Assembly: GCA_963737065.1 (NCBI GenBank) | Contig: CAVTRC010000002.1 | Coordinates: 160,001-224,000 of the forward strand | Source: Candidatus Eremiobacteria bacterium | Lineage (GTDB): Bacteria; Vulcanimicrobiota; Vulcanimicrobiia; Vulcanimicrobiales; Vulcanimicrobiaceae | DNA length: 64,000 nucleotides | Direction: 5' to 3' | Shown here: piece after piece, positions 52,100 to 61,174 of the stretch | Numbering within the stretch: the first letter of the stretch is position 1 | Layout: the number at the start of each line of letters is the position of its first letter | The notes under the pieces: generated by a model | The model's database searches: none | Seen by the model: only the letters and a program-made list of their open reading frames with translations | What the model was told of the DNA's origin: nothing | Program-made: the position numbers and the translations under genes

Positions 52100-52984
52100 G
52101 TGGGTAAGGTTGTAAAGTCCGCGCGCTTCGCTGAACGGAAGTACGTCGTCGGCGTGCCTGCTGTTGACGTCGTCGCGTCCGCGCCGCCGGTCGTTCAGTG
52201 TGACGACGCGTTTGCCGTTGCGCATCTTGCGACTGGTCTGAACGGATATTCGAACGGCGTTCACGCGCCGGAACCGGAGCCGCCCGCGGAACCTGTGCCG
52301 CAGATCGATTGGGAACGCATCCGCGCGGATGCGGAAGCGATCGTCGACCGTGCGGCGGCCGACGCGGAGACACTGCTGAAACAAGCTGAAGCGACCGCCG
52401 CCGATATCGTCACGTCGGCGCAAGCGCGCGTTGCGCAGATCGAAGAAGAAGCCCGCACGCGCGGCTGCCGGCGAGGGTATGATGAGGGACGCCAAGCCGC
52501 GCATGATGAGCTCGATCCCGTTTTCAAAACGATGCGCGAAATGATCGAAGGCATGCGAGCGCAGCGTGAAGGGTTCATCGCGAGCGCTGAACCGGAACTC
52601 GTGCGACTTGCGATGGCAATTGCGGAACGCATCGTGCATACGGAAGTTTCCAACACTCGTCAAGTCGTCGTTGAAAACGTGCGCGCAGCATTGACGCGTC
52701 TGGTGAGCAGAGAAGTCGTTACGCTGCGCGTGAACCCCGCGGATCACGAAACGATCCGTCAGTATCGCGAAGCGATCGTCGCCGCAAGCGACGTGGGGCA
52801 TCTGCGCGTCGTGGAGGATCAGCGGGTCGATCGCGGCGGCGTGCTCGTCGAAACGGACGCGGGAACGATCGATGCGAAAATCTCGACACAGCTGCGCGAA
52901 GCCAAGCGCGCGATTCTCAGCGAAGAAGCGATCGTGCTCGATACGTCCCAAGTGCGCGACGCACTGCTTCCGCCCGCGAGCTAG
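52100..52984 (+). CDS. fliH: Flagellar assembly protein FliH
   Basis: GxxxG repeat, LAMAIAERIV, LRVNP.D and GGVLVETDAGTIDA motifs. Confidence 0.9.
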   Translation: MGKVVKSARFAERKYVVGVPAVDVVASAPPVVQCDDAFAVAHLATGLNGYSNGVHAPEPEPPAEPVPQIDWERIRADAEAIVDRAAADAETLLKQAEATAADIVTSAQARVAQIEEEARTRGCRRGYDEGRQAAHDELDPVFKTMREMIEGMRAQREGFIASAEPELVRLAMAIAERIVHTEVSNTRQVVVENVRAALTRLVSREVVTLRVNPADHETIRQYREAIVAASDVGHLRVVEDQRVDRGGVLVETDAGTIDAKISTQLREAKRAILSEEAIVLDTSQVRDALLPPAS

Positions 52985-52985
52985 A

Positions 52986-54305
52986 ATGGCGCTCGACCAC
53001 GCATTCTCCGCGGAGGCGTATCTCGAACTCTTACGCAGTGCCGATCTCGTGCGTCAATACGGGAAGGTCCGCCAAGTCATCGGCGTCGTGATCGAGAGCC
53101 TCGGGCCCAATATGGCAGTCGGCGAAACGTGCCAGATCTCGTATCGGCGCACCGCCGAACCGGTGCTTGCCGAAGTCGTCGGATTCCGTGATAACAAAGT
53201 CCTCATCATGCCGCTTGGCGAGCTCGAAGGCATCGGTGCGGGCAGTGACGTCGTCGCGCACGGCGCACCGTTGGAAATCGGTGTCACCGATCATTTGCTC
53301 GGCCGCGTTCTCAACGGTTTGGGACGGCCGATCGACGGCAAAGGGACCGTCGTCGCCGATAATCGTGCCGTGATCACGGCGGCGCCCCCGCCGCCGCTCT
53401 CGCGACGCCGTGTCACGGAACCGCTTTCGCTTGGCATACGCGCGATCGACGGGATGCTCACGTGCGGCAAAGGTCAACGTGTCGGCGTTTTCGCTGGATC
53501 GGGCGTCGGAAAGTCGACCATTCTCGGCATGATCGCGCGCAACACGGCAGCCGACGTAAACGTCATCGCGCTCGTCGGCGAGCGCGGAAAAGAAGTGCGC
53601 GACTTTATCGAGCGCGACTTAGGTGAAGAGGGGTTGCGCCGAAGCGTCGTTGTGGTATCGACAAGCGATCAGCCGGCGCTCGTGCGTATCAAAGCGGGCT
53701 TTGTGGCGATGACGATTGCGGAATATTTCCGCGACCAAGGTCTCGACGTAATGTTCATGATGGATTCCGTGACGCGCTTTGCGATGGCGCAACGCGAAGT
53801 CGGTCTTGCAATCGGCGAACCCACCACGACACGCGGCTACACGCCTTCGGTGTTTGCGCTGTTGCCGAAACTCTTGGAGCGCGCCGGTACGTCGCAGAAA
53901 GGCACGATCACCGGATTGTTCTCGGTACTGGTTGACGGCGATGATATGAACGAACCGATTGCCGACGCCGTGCGCTCGATTTTGGACGGGCACATCGTGC
54001 TCTCACGTCAACTTGCCTCGGCCAATCACTATCCTGCGATCGACGTGCTGCAGAGCGTCAGCCGTGTGATGCCCGACGTGACCGATGCCAATCACTATTC
54101 CGCCGCGTCGGCGATTCGCGATATCTTGGCGACCTACCGCGAAGCCGAAGACCTCGTCAACATCGGCGCCTACGTTCCGGGAAGCAACCCGCGCGTCGAT
54201 CATTCACTCTCGAAGATCGAAGCCGTGCGCCATTTTCTGAAGCAAGGCATATACGAGACGAGCTCGTATGAAGCCACGATCGCGCAGCTGATGGGTGTTG
54301 CGTGA
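52986..54305 (+). CDS. fliI: Flagellar export ATPase
   Basis: FAGSGVGKST, GERGKEV, MDSVTRFAMAQRE and LDGHIVLSR motifs. Confidence 0.97.
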   Translation: MALDHAFSAEAYLELLRSADLVRQYGKVRQVIGVVIESLGPNMAVGETCQISYRRTAEPVLAEVVGFRDNKVLIMPLGELEGIGAGSDVVAHGAPLEIGVTDHLLGRVLNGLGRPIDGKGTVVADNRAVITAAPPPPLSRRRVTEPLSLGIRAIDGMLTCGKGQRVGVFAGSGVGKSTILGMIARNTAADVNVIALVGERGKEVRDFIERDLGEEGLRRSVVVVSTSDQPALVRIKAGFVAMTIAEYFRDQGLDVMFMMDSVTRFAMAQREVGLAIGEPTTTRGYTPSVFALLPKLLERAGTSQKGTITGLFSVLVDGDDMNEPIADAVRSILDGHIVLSRQLASANHYPAIDVLQSVSRVMPDVTDANHYSAASAIRDILATYREAEDLVNIGAYVPGSNPRVDHSLSKIEAVRHFLKQGIYETSSYEATIAQLMGVA

Positions 54306-54757
54306 AGAAGTTCGTTTTTACGCTGCAGCCCGTGCTCGATCAGCGGCAGCGCGTGGAGAACGAAAAGCAACAGATCGTGGCCCGGCGGCGCCGCGCGCTG
54401 GATGAGGCGGAAGGCGAGCTGAAACGTTTGAACGATCAGTTCCGGGCTAGCTCGGAGCGTTTGCGCGTGGAGCACCGCGATTTTAGCGCGGAAGAATTGC
54501 GCCTGCATTACGCACATTTATCGTTCCTGGACCGAACGATCGTCGCGCAGATCGCCGTCGTGGCGGAGCGGCGTGTCGCGCTCGATCGCGCGCGCGCCGA
54601 CTTGCTTGCCGCGAGCAAAGAACGGAAGGTCGTCGAGAAGCTCAAAGATCGTCGTCACGACGCGTACGTCGCCGAAGCGGCCCGTCAAGAACAGAATGCA
54701 CTGGATGATGGCAACGCGCGTCGACATATGCGCCGAGCGTTAGGAGGTACCTCATGA
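54302..54757 (+). CDS. fliJ: Flagellar export protein FliJ
   Basis: KKFVFTLQPVL..ERKVVEKLK..EQNALDD, directly after fliI. Confidence 0.9.
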   Translation: MKKFVFTLQPVLDQRQRVENEKQQIVARRRRALDEAEGELKRLNDQFRASSERLRVEHRDFSAEELRLHYAHLSFLDRTIVAQIAVVAERRVALDRARADLLAASKERKVVEKLKDRRHDAYVAEAARQEQNALDDGNARRHMRRALGGTS

Positions 54758-55392
54758 TCGTCACGCGTCAGCGGCGCAAACCCTTTCCGTGGAAGCGCTT
54801 CGTTCTGCCGGTCACCGCGATCGCGCTCGTTATGTTCGCATTCGCTTGGGAGCCTTCGCGCAATGTCATCGCAAACGGACGGATGGCGCCGGTATGGCGC
54901 GCATCCGAGAGCGCGTATGGTGCGCTTGCGAAGCCGTTTAGTTTCGCCGCGCAGAACGAGTTGCTCACGCAGAAGAACAGCCAGATCGCTGCACTGCAGA
55001 AACAGATCGGCGACGTGCAAACGCAGATGACTGCGAAGGATAAGAAGATCGCCGACCTCACGGCGCAGACGCAACAAGAGCAGTTGCGAGCGGTGACTGC
55101 AAAACCGGTGACGCAACCGGTTAGTGCGCCGGTCGCCGGTGAGGTGTCGACGTCGCAGACCTCCGGGAGCGACCTTGCCGGCGGCGCTTCGCCCGACATG
55201 CGGCGCACCGCTGCGTTCTGGGGCAACATGGAGCCGGAGAATGCCGCGAAAGTGATTCAGGAGCTTCCGGTGCCGTACGCCGCACGCGTGATGGCGCTGA
55301 TGTCGCCCGACGCCGTCGGAGCGATTCTGGACGCACTGCCGCCTGCATATGCGGCGAAGCTGACGCAGGATCATCCCGAGCTAAAAAAGTAA
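54754..55392 (+). CDS. YlxF/FlbB/MotE-like protein (MgtE N-terminal-like domain)
   Basis: TM plus coiled coil plus NMEPENAAKVI..MSPDAVGAILDALPP..AAKLT, positioned after fliJ. Confidence 0.8.
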   Translation: MIVTRQRRKPFPWKRFVLPVTAIALVMFAFAWEPSRNVIANGRMAPVWRASESAYGALAKPFSFAAQNELLTQKNSQIAALQKQIGDVQTQMTAKDKKIADLTAQTQQEQLRAVTAKPVTQPVSAPVAGEVSTSQTSGSDLAGGASPDMRRTAAFWGNMEPENAAKVIQELPVPYAARVMALMSPDAVGAILDALPPAYAAKLTQDHPELKK

Positions 55393-55404
55393 ACGCGCGC
55401 CCAT

Positions 55405-56745
55405 TTGGGTCGTCTCATCGTCCGTACACGGACGCTCCCCGCCGACGTTCTGACGCCCATCGGCGCGTATCTTGCGCTCGGGAAGGCGGGCGCATCGTGC
55501 CTGCTCGAGAGCGTCGAGCACGGCGGCAAGCTTTCGCGTTACTCGTTTATCGGGCTCGATTATGCCGCGACCTCGACGTTCGTCGCATCGCCGGATATCT
55601 ACGATCGTATCCGCGCGTTTCTGGACGCGTATCGTCCCGATGACGAATCGCAGCTCGGCGGTTCGCTCGTCGTTTTTGCGTATGACGCCGCGCGAGCGAT
55701 CGCGCATCTAGCGCCGCGCGCATACGACGTTCCGGCGATGCCTGACGCCTTCGTCGCCGTGCCGGGGACGTGGCTCGTGTTCGATCATCTTACTCATTCG
55801 CTCGTGCTGTGGGGCTGCGGTCAAGACGCCGCAGCGATCGATGCGCGCCTCGCACGCTACATCGTAACGATTCTTTCGAATACACCGCGTCTTGCCGGCG
55901 CGGTGCGTGCGCGCGCGCCGGTTGGTGTGACGATGGATCGCGGGACGTATCTGGAGAAGGTTGCGCGCGTCAAGCAGTACGTCTACGACGGCGACGTCTA
56001 TCAATTGCAACTCGGGATTCGCTTCGATGCGGAACTCGAAGGAACGCCGTTTGACCTCTATCGCGCGCTTCGCCGGCGTAATCCGTCGCCGTACATGTTT
56101 TACGTCGATACGGAATTCGGACAACTGCTCGGCGCGTCGCCCGAATTTCTCGTCCGGCTCGAAGGACGCAAGGCGCGAATCCGACCGCTGGCGGGCACGC
56201 GTTCGCGCGGCGCGACCGACGAACTCGATGCAGCGATTGCCGCGGAACTTCTCGCGAACGAAAAAGAACGCGCGGAGCACGTCATGCTCGTCGACCTGGG
56301 GCGCAACGATCTCGGGATGGTATGTGAGTACGGGAGCGTCCGGATCGACGAATTGCTGCAGATCGAACGCTACAGTCACGTAATGCACATCGTCTCCGAT
56401 GTCGTAGGACGCTTGCGTCCGGACTGCGACGCGCTCGATCTGTTTCGCGCGGGCTTCCCCGCCGGCACCGTCACCGGCACGCCGAAAGTCCGCGCGATGC
56501 AACTGATCGACGAACTCGAACCGGTAACGCGCGGCTTTTACGCGGGAAGCATCGGCCGGTGGAATTGGAACGGCGACTTCGATTCGTGCATCACGCTGCG
56601 CAGCGTTCACGTGCGAGCGGGGCGCGCGTACTGGCAAGCGTCGGCGGGCATCGTTGCCGACAGTGATCCTCAGTTCGAGTACGAAGAAGTCCTCCACAAG
56701 ACGCGCATTGCGCGCGAAGTCTTGAATGTTGGATTAACGGCGTGA
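55405..56745 (+). CDS. trpE: Anthranilate synthase component I
   Basis: LLES, NPSPYM, ASPE, RPLAGT, EHVMLVDLGRND, YSHVMH and PAGTVTGTPKVRAM motifs. Confidence 0.9.
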   Translation: MGRLIVRTRTLPADVLTPIGAYLALGKAGASCLLESVEHGGKLSRYSFIGLDYAATSTFVASPDIYDRIRAFLDAYRPDDESQLGGSLVVFAYDAARAIAHLAPRAYDVPAMPDAFVAVPGTWLVFDHLTHSLVLWGCGQDAAAIDARLARYIVTILSNTPRLAGAVRARAPVGVTMDRGTYLEKVARVKQYVYDGDVYQLQLGIRFDAELEGTPFDLYRALRRRNPSPYMFYVDTEFGQLLGASPEFLVRLEGRKARIRPLAGTRSRGATDELDAAIAAELLANEKERAEHVMLVDLGRNDLGMVCEYGSVRIDELLQIERYSHVMHIVSDVVGRLRPDCDALDLFRAGFPAGTVTGTPKVRAMQLIDELEPVTRGFYAGSIGRWNWNGDFDSCITLRSVHVRAGRAYWQASAGIVADSDPQFEYEEVLHKTRIAREVLNVGLTA

Positions 56746-57323
56746 TGTCAAGCGTTCTCTTTATTGATAACTACGACAGCTTCACGTATAACGTGGTGCA
56801 TTTGCTTGCTTCGCAAGGCGCTTCGCCGGACGTCATTCTGAGCGATGACCGAGGTCTCGGGCCCGAGCTGCTCGATCGGTATGCAGCCCTCGTCGTCGGA
56901 CCGGGGCCCGGAAATCCGTCGCAACAACCGCGGATGATGCAGGTGCTGCATGCCGCCATCGATCGCGGCTTCCCGGCCTTCGGCGTATGTCTCGGATTGC
57001 AGTCGATCGGCGAGGCGCTCGGCGCGCGGGTCACGCACGCGCCCGTGCAAATGCACGGTAAGACGAGCGAGATTTACCACGATGGCAGTGGACTTTTTTC
57101 AGGATTGCCCTCGCCGTTCATCGCCACGCGCTATCATTCACTGTGTGTAGACGAAGCATCGCTGCCTGTCGAACTTCGCGTGACGGCGCGCAGCAACGAC
57201 GGCGTCGTTCAAGGCATCGCGCATGTCTCGAAGCCGCTTTCCGCCGTGCAGTTCCACCCCGAGTCCGTGCTCAGCGAGCATGGCACGCGAATCGTGCAAA
57301 ACTTTATTGACACGCTCCCGTGA
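56742..57323 (+). CDS. trpG: Anthranilate synthase component II (glutamine amidotransferase)
   Basis: IDNYDSFTYN, GPGPG, GVCLG, RYHSL and QFHPES motifs. Confidence 0.92.
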   Translation: MMSSVLFIDNYDSFTYNVVHLLASQGASPDVILSDDRGLGPELLDRYAALVVGPGPGNPSQQPRMMQVLHAAIDRGFPAFGVCLGLQSIGEALGARVTHAPVQMHGKTSEIYHDGSGLFSGLPSPFIATRYHSLCVDEASLPVELRVTARSNDGVVQGIAHVSKPLSAVQFHPESVLSEHGTRIVQNFIDTLP

Positions 57324-57335
57324 GCATGTTACGCT
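57307..57335 (+). promoter_or_regulatory. Sigma-70 promoter of the leader and DAHP synthase unit
   Basis: TTGACA-17 bp-TACGCT with TG at the extended -10 position. Confidence 0.7.
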
Positions 57336-57344
57336 CGCCGAACG

Positions 57345-57437
57345 ATGACGACGATGAAATTCGTTGCGTGGTGGTGGCCGCTGACCGAGAGAATCTCCGG
57401 TGAAGCGTGTGTGCCATTGTCGTCGTCGCGTAAATAG
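57345..57437 (+). CDS. Trp-rich attenuator leader peptide
   Basis: MTTMKFVAWWWPLTERISGEACVPLSSSRK*, with three tandem TGG codons between promoter and terminator. Confidence 0.8.
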   Translation: MTTMKFVAWWWPLTERISGEACVPLSSSRK

Positions 57438-57462
57438 CGCGAGAATATTGGAAAAATCGACG

Positions 57463-57498
57463 AGGCCGCCCGGATCACCGGGCGGCCTTCATTTTATT
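57463..57498 (+). terminator. Attenuator terminator hairpin
   Basis: AGGCCGCCCGG-ATCA-CCGGGCGGCCT followed by TCATTTTATT. Confidence 0.8.
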
Positions 57499-57499
57499 A

Positions 57500-57590
57500 C
57501 CGGGGCCCCGCGTAGCGGGGGCGCGGAGCTGCGCAGCAGCGGAATGCGTTCCAACAAACGGGGTCCCTAAAGTGCGAAGCACTTTGGGGA
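57500..57590. repeat. Triple-hairpin small element, copy B
   Basis: CCCCGC-GTA-GCGGGG, GCTGC-GCA-GCAGC and CCCTAAAGTGC-GAA-GCACTTTGGG. Shares the CGTTCCAA and CGGGGTCCC linkers with copy A. Confidence 0.8.
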
Positions 57591-57599
57591 GCGAGCGAT

Positions 57600-58415
57600 A
57601 TGTACGAGTTGGCGCGGCGCGGCTCGAGCGGGAATACGATCGTAGACGTCGGCGGCACGCGCATCGGCGACGGATTTAGCGTCATTGCGGGACCCTGTGC
57701 GATTGAGGACGACATTCAAATAGAAACCGTTGCGCGTTGCGTTAGCGTGCATGGCGGCGCGCTGCTGCGCGGCGGCGCTTACAAGCCGCGGACCTCTCCG
57801 TATTCGTTTCAGGGGCTGGGCGATAACGGGGTCGAGTTGATCGCGCGCGCCGCGCGTCACCACCGTCTTGCGGCCGTCGTCGAAGCGCTCGACGCGGAAC
57901 AGCTGCCGGTGCTCGCGCGGTACGTTTCGATGATTCAGATCGGCGCTCGAAACATGCAGAATTTTGCGCTCGTCAAAGCAGCCGCACGCACCGGCTTGCC
58001 GATCTTACTGAAACGCGGACCGGCAGCGACGCTCGACGAGGTGCTCTATGCTGCCGAATACGCGCTGCTCGAAGGCAACCGTAACATCGTCGTGTGCGAA
58101 CGCGGCATCCGCGGGTTCGATCCCCAAACGCGTAACGTATTCGATCTCGCGGGGGCGCTGCGTCTCAAAGAGCTCACCCATCTTCCGGTCATCGTCGATC
58201 CGAGCCACGCGACCGGCCGCCGGACGCTCATCCCTCCGCTCGTGCTCGCGGCGGCCGCTGCCGGCCTCGACGGCGCGATGATCGAAATCCATCCCGACCC
58301 TGCGCGCTCGCGCTCGGACGCCGAACAGGCGCTGGATCTCGAAACGTTCGCGGACCTCATGGGCCGGCTCGTACCACTCGCTGCTCCTAAGGTAGCTTCC
58401 TTGGCGGGCCGATGA
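57600..58415 (+). CDS. aroF: DAHP synthase type I-beta, catalytic domain only
   Basis: IAGPCAIE, RGGAYKPRTSPYSFQGLG, QIGARNMQNF, CERGIR and DPSH motifs. Confidence 0.93.
   Translation: MYELARRGSSGNTIVDVGGTRIGDGFSVIAGPCAIEDDIQIETVARCVSVHGGALLRGGAYKPRTSPYSFQGLGDNGVELIARAARHHRLAAVVEALDAEQLPVLARYVSMIQIGARNMQNFALVKAAARTGLPILLKRGPAATLDEVLYAAEYALLEGNRNIVVCERGIRGFDPQTRNVFDLAGALRLKELTHLPVIVDPSHATGRRTLIPPLVLAAAAAGLDGAMIEIHPDPARSRSDAEQALDLETFADLMGRLVPLAAPKVASLAGR
58388..58415 (+). promoter_or_regulatory. Putative sigma-28 promoter upstream of fliK
   Basis: TAAG-N16-GCCGATGA. Confidence 0.5.
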
Positions 58416-58524
58416 AGAAGATGAGGGTCTAGGTTAGCTAGCTCCTTGTGTCGCTAACGCTGTTTGGGCGCCAGAGCTGGCGCAGCGTGCGGCGTTATTT
58501 CAGAAAGGAAAGGGGGTGAGATAC

Positions 58525-60075
58525 ATGGCTTCTGTACATTCAGTTATTCCGTCTGCAGCAGGCCCGACCGGCGCTGTTGCGTCAGCGCGTACGGGAACGG
58601 CGTTGAAAAGCGGGCTCGATTGGTCATCGCTCTCCGGAGCGATGGGCGTCAACGGTGCCGTATTTTCAAATCTTCTCGCTGGATCAAGCTCCGGCGCGAA
58701 TGTCGCTCCAAGCGCTTCGCAAAGTGTCCTAGCGCGCCTTACGGCTATGATGCAAAACGGAACGCCTTTATCGTCGATCATCGCTCAACTCTCGCAGAGC
58801 ATCGGCAACGCCGTACAGCAACAACTGACGGGAAAGCTGCCGCAAAGCGATCTCGATCGAATACGATCGTCGATCGCAACGTCGATCGCAAACGCGCTCG
58901 CTTCGCCGAGTAATGCGCCGCCGGGCAGCTCAGACCAACAAGTCGGCGCCCTCGCAACGCGGTTACAGCGGTTAATCGAATCGCTAGCGAGGGATACAAT
59001 GGAACGCTCCGGGCAGCAGAACGAATTCGCGGGAAGCATCTTGGACGCCAAATCGGCGAAAGACATCCCGGCCCAAGCACCAGCAAAACCAACGCCGAGC
59101 ACGACAATGCTCGACGTCTCTTCGCTCGTGCGCTCGTTACTGTCCGGCGCCGCTACGGCGCTCGACCAGCCACCACCCGCACCGGTCGCGCAAGCGCCGT
59201 GCGCCGCGGCTTGCGCTTCGCAGCCGGCGCTCGCTCCAGCGCAAACCGTCATCACGATGGCAAATGCACCGGATCTTCTCGCACGTATGCTCGTGCGCGC
59301 AGCCGGCGTCGACGCGCAAGCCTCCGCCAACGCCGGCGTTTCAAACGCTTCGGCCGGAACCGCAGGCAACGCCGCGCAAACACCGTCTGCGTTAGCGGCC
59401 CGATTCGAGTCCGCACTTTCGAACATCGTCTCAAACGCCACGCAGGCGTCTTCGGACGGATCGTTCGCGAACGGCGGACAAACGGGGCAATCCTTCGAGC
59501 GTCAATCCTCGCAGCAATCGCTTTCGAACCACGACTCGTCGCTGACGAACGCGCTCGCTGCACCGGCATTTTCGATGTCCGGAATCGTTCAATCTGCGGG
59601 CGAAACGACCGCGGGTGCATCGCGCGCCGGCGTCGACGCAGACGCCGTTGTCGAACAACTGGTCAAAAGCATGGTGATGCGCACGGACGCGCAAGGCTCC
59701 TCGGTAATTCAACTGCATCTGCAGCCCGAGAACCTGGGCGACGTGACGATGAAGATCACCGTTACGGGATCGCAGATCTCGGCGAACGTCGTCGCAGCCA
59801 ACGCCGACGTCCGCAATGCGTTGATGTCCAATCACCAGCAACTCGCACGTTCTCTCGCCGACGCCGGCTTGACGCTTTCCGGCTTCTCCGTCGACGTCTC
59901 GGGCGGCAATGCGGGCCGCGACCGTCAGAACAACGATCGCACGGCGGGCTTCGGCCGCCGCTACACCGTGCACGAACTGCACGGTGCATCGGAGTCCGAA
60001 ACGCCCGCGCTCGCCGCACTCGGTCCATCGATTCTCGACGGCTCGAGTTTGGCGTTATTCAACTACTTGGCATAA
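58525..60075 (+). CDS. fliK: Flagellar hook-length control protein
   Basis: Low-complexity N-terminus and C-terminal LHLQPENLGDVTMKI..LARSLADAGL, upstream of flgD. Confidence 0.9.
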   Translation: MASVHSVIPSAAGPTGAVASARTGTALKSGLDWSSLSGAMGVNGAVFSNLLAGSSSGANVAPSASQSVLARLTAMMQNGTPLSSIIAQLSQSIGNAVQQQLTGKLPQSDLDRIRSSIATSIANALASPSNAPPGSSDQQVGALATRLQRLIESLARDTMERSGQQNEFAGSILDAKSAKDIPAQAPAKPTPSTTMLDVSSLVRSLLSGAATALDQPPPAPVAQAPCAAACASQPALAPAQTVITMANAPDLLARMLVRAAGVDAQASANAGVSNASAGTAGNAAQTPSALAARFESALSNIVSNATQASSDGSFANGGQTGQSFERQSSQQSLSNHDSSLTNALAAPAFSMSGIVQSAGETTAGASRAGVDADAVVEQLVKSMVMRTDAQGSSVIQLHLQPENLGDVTMKITVTGSQISANVVAANADVRNALMSNHQQLARSLADAGLTLSGFSVDVSGGNAGRDRQNNDRTAGFGRRYTVHELHGASESETPALAALGPSILDGSSLALFNYLA

Positions 60076-60090
60076 GAAAAGAGGAAACAT

Positions 60091-60648
60091 ATGCCTTCGG
60101 CATTTGTAACCGGAACCACGGCGCAGCCGATCAGTTCGCTGATCGGTGTCAATGCTCCGACGACGTCTTCGTCGTCGAACAATGCGTCGCTCGGTCCCGA
60201 TGCGTTTCTTCAGTTGTTGACCACCGAGTTGCAGAACCAAGATCCCACGCAGCCGGAAGATCCGACGCAGTCGGTGACGCAGCTCGCGCAGATGTCGGAA
60301 CTGCAATATCAACAGCAGCTCACTTCGTCGTTCCAAAACTTCCAAAGCAACTTCGGCGTCATGCAAGCCGCATCGTTGATCGGCAAACAAGCAACGGTGA
60401 ACGTCGGAGCGGGCAGCGGAGCGTCCGCAGCGAGCAACTCGTCGTACGTAACCGGAACGATCCAATCCGTCGAAGTGCAGAACGGAGAGCCGTACTTCAC
60501 GATGGCGGACAGCAACGGCAAGGTCTACACCGATAACAACGGCAACGCGCTCATGTTCTCAACGGCCGAAATCACGGGCATCGGAGTGGGATCGGGAACG
60601 CCGGCCGGCACGGCGGGAACGACCAGCTCGAGCAAAATCAAGCTGTAG
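60091..60648 (+). CDS. flgD: Flagellar hook capping protein
   Basis: LGPDAFLQLLTTELQNQDPTQP..QLAQ and SLIGK motifs. Confidence 0.95.
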   Translation: MPSAFVTGTTAQPISSLIGVNAPTTSSSSNNASLGPDAFLQLLTTELQNQDPTQPEDPTQSVTQLAQMSELQYQQQLTSSFQNFQSNFGVMQAASLIGKQATVNVGAGSGASAASNSSYVTGTIQSVEVQNGEPYFTMADSNGKVYTDNNGNALMFSTAEITGIGVGSGTPAGTAGTTSSSKIKL

Positions 60649-60654
60649 ACTCTC

Positions 60655-61077
60655 ATGGACAACAACGAGATCAACCGCATAAACCAGCCCGGGATCATTC
60701 CCGGACCGGCCCCGCGTCCCGTCGGACGCCCGGTCGACATTCCGCCCACCGGAACGCCGACGTTCCGTTCGGTTCTCGATGCCGCGACGGCGGCTCCGCC
60801 GGCGACGTCCACAAGTGGATCGGAACCGCTCAAGTTCTCGGCGCACGCTATGCAGCGTCTGCAATCGCGCAACATCAGCCTCACCTCGGACGACGTGACA
60901 CGAATGAACGCGATGGCGGATAAAGCGGCGGCGAAAGGAGCGAAAAATTCGCTCTTCCTCGTTCGCGACGTCGCGATGGTCGTGAGTATCAAGAACCGCA
61001 CGGTCATCACCGCGGTCGACTCGGATTCGATGAAAGAAAACGTCTTTACGAACATCGACTCGGCGGCGATTATCTAA
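60655..61077 (+). CDS. Flagellar operon protein, TIGR02530 family
   Basis: LKFSAHAMQRL..KGAKNSL..NRTVITA..VFTNIDSAAII, between flgD and flgE. Confidence 0.9.
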   Translation: MDNNEINRINQPGIIPGPAPRPVGRPVDIPPTGTPTFRSVLDAATAAPPATSTSGSEPLKFSAHAMQRLQSRNISLTSDDVTRMNAMADKAAAKGAKNSLFLVRDVAMVVSIKNRTVITAVDSDSMKENVFTNIDSAAII

Positions 61078-61095
61078 AACAACTATTATTACTAC

Positions 61096-61153
61096 CCGAG
61101 GCGGACCGCATGCGGAGCCTCGGCCGCGGCGCGGAAGGATTGAAACGCCGCGG
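61096..61153 (+). promoter_or_regulatory. Two-hairpin structured leader of flgE (candidate cis-regulatory RNA)
   Basis: CCGAGGC...GCCTCGG stem followed at once by a CCGCGGCG...CGCCGCGG stem, with GGA-rich loops, 21 nt before the ATG. Confidence 0.55.
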
Positions 61154-61174
61154 ATCTACATGTGAGGTCAATAC

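Noticed and set aside
59199..60536. Long alternative-frame and antisense ORFs here and elsewhere (e.g. 48972-49883, 55708-56697)
   Set aside because: They overlap well-supported genes and have the Arg/Ala-rich composition of high-GC shadow frames
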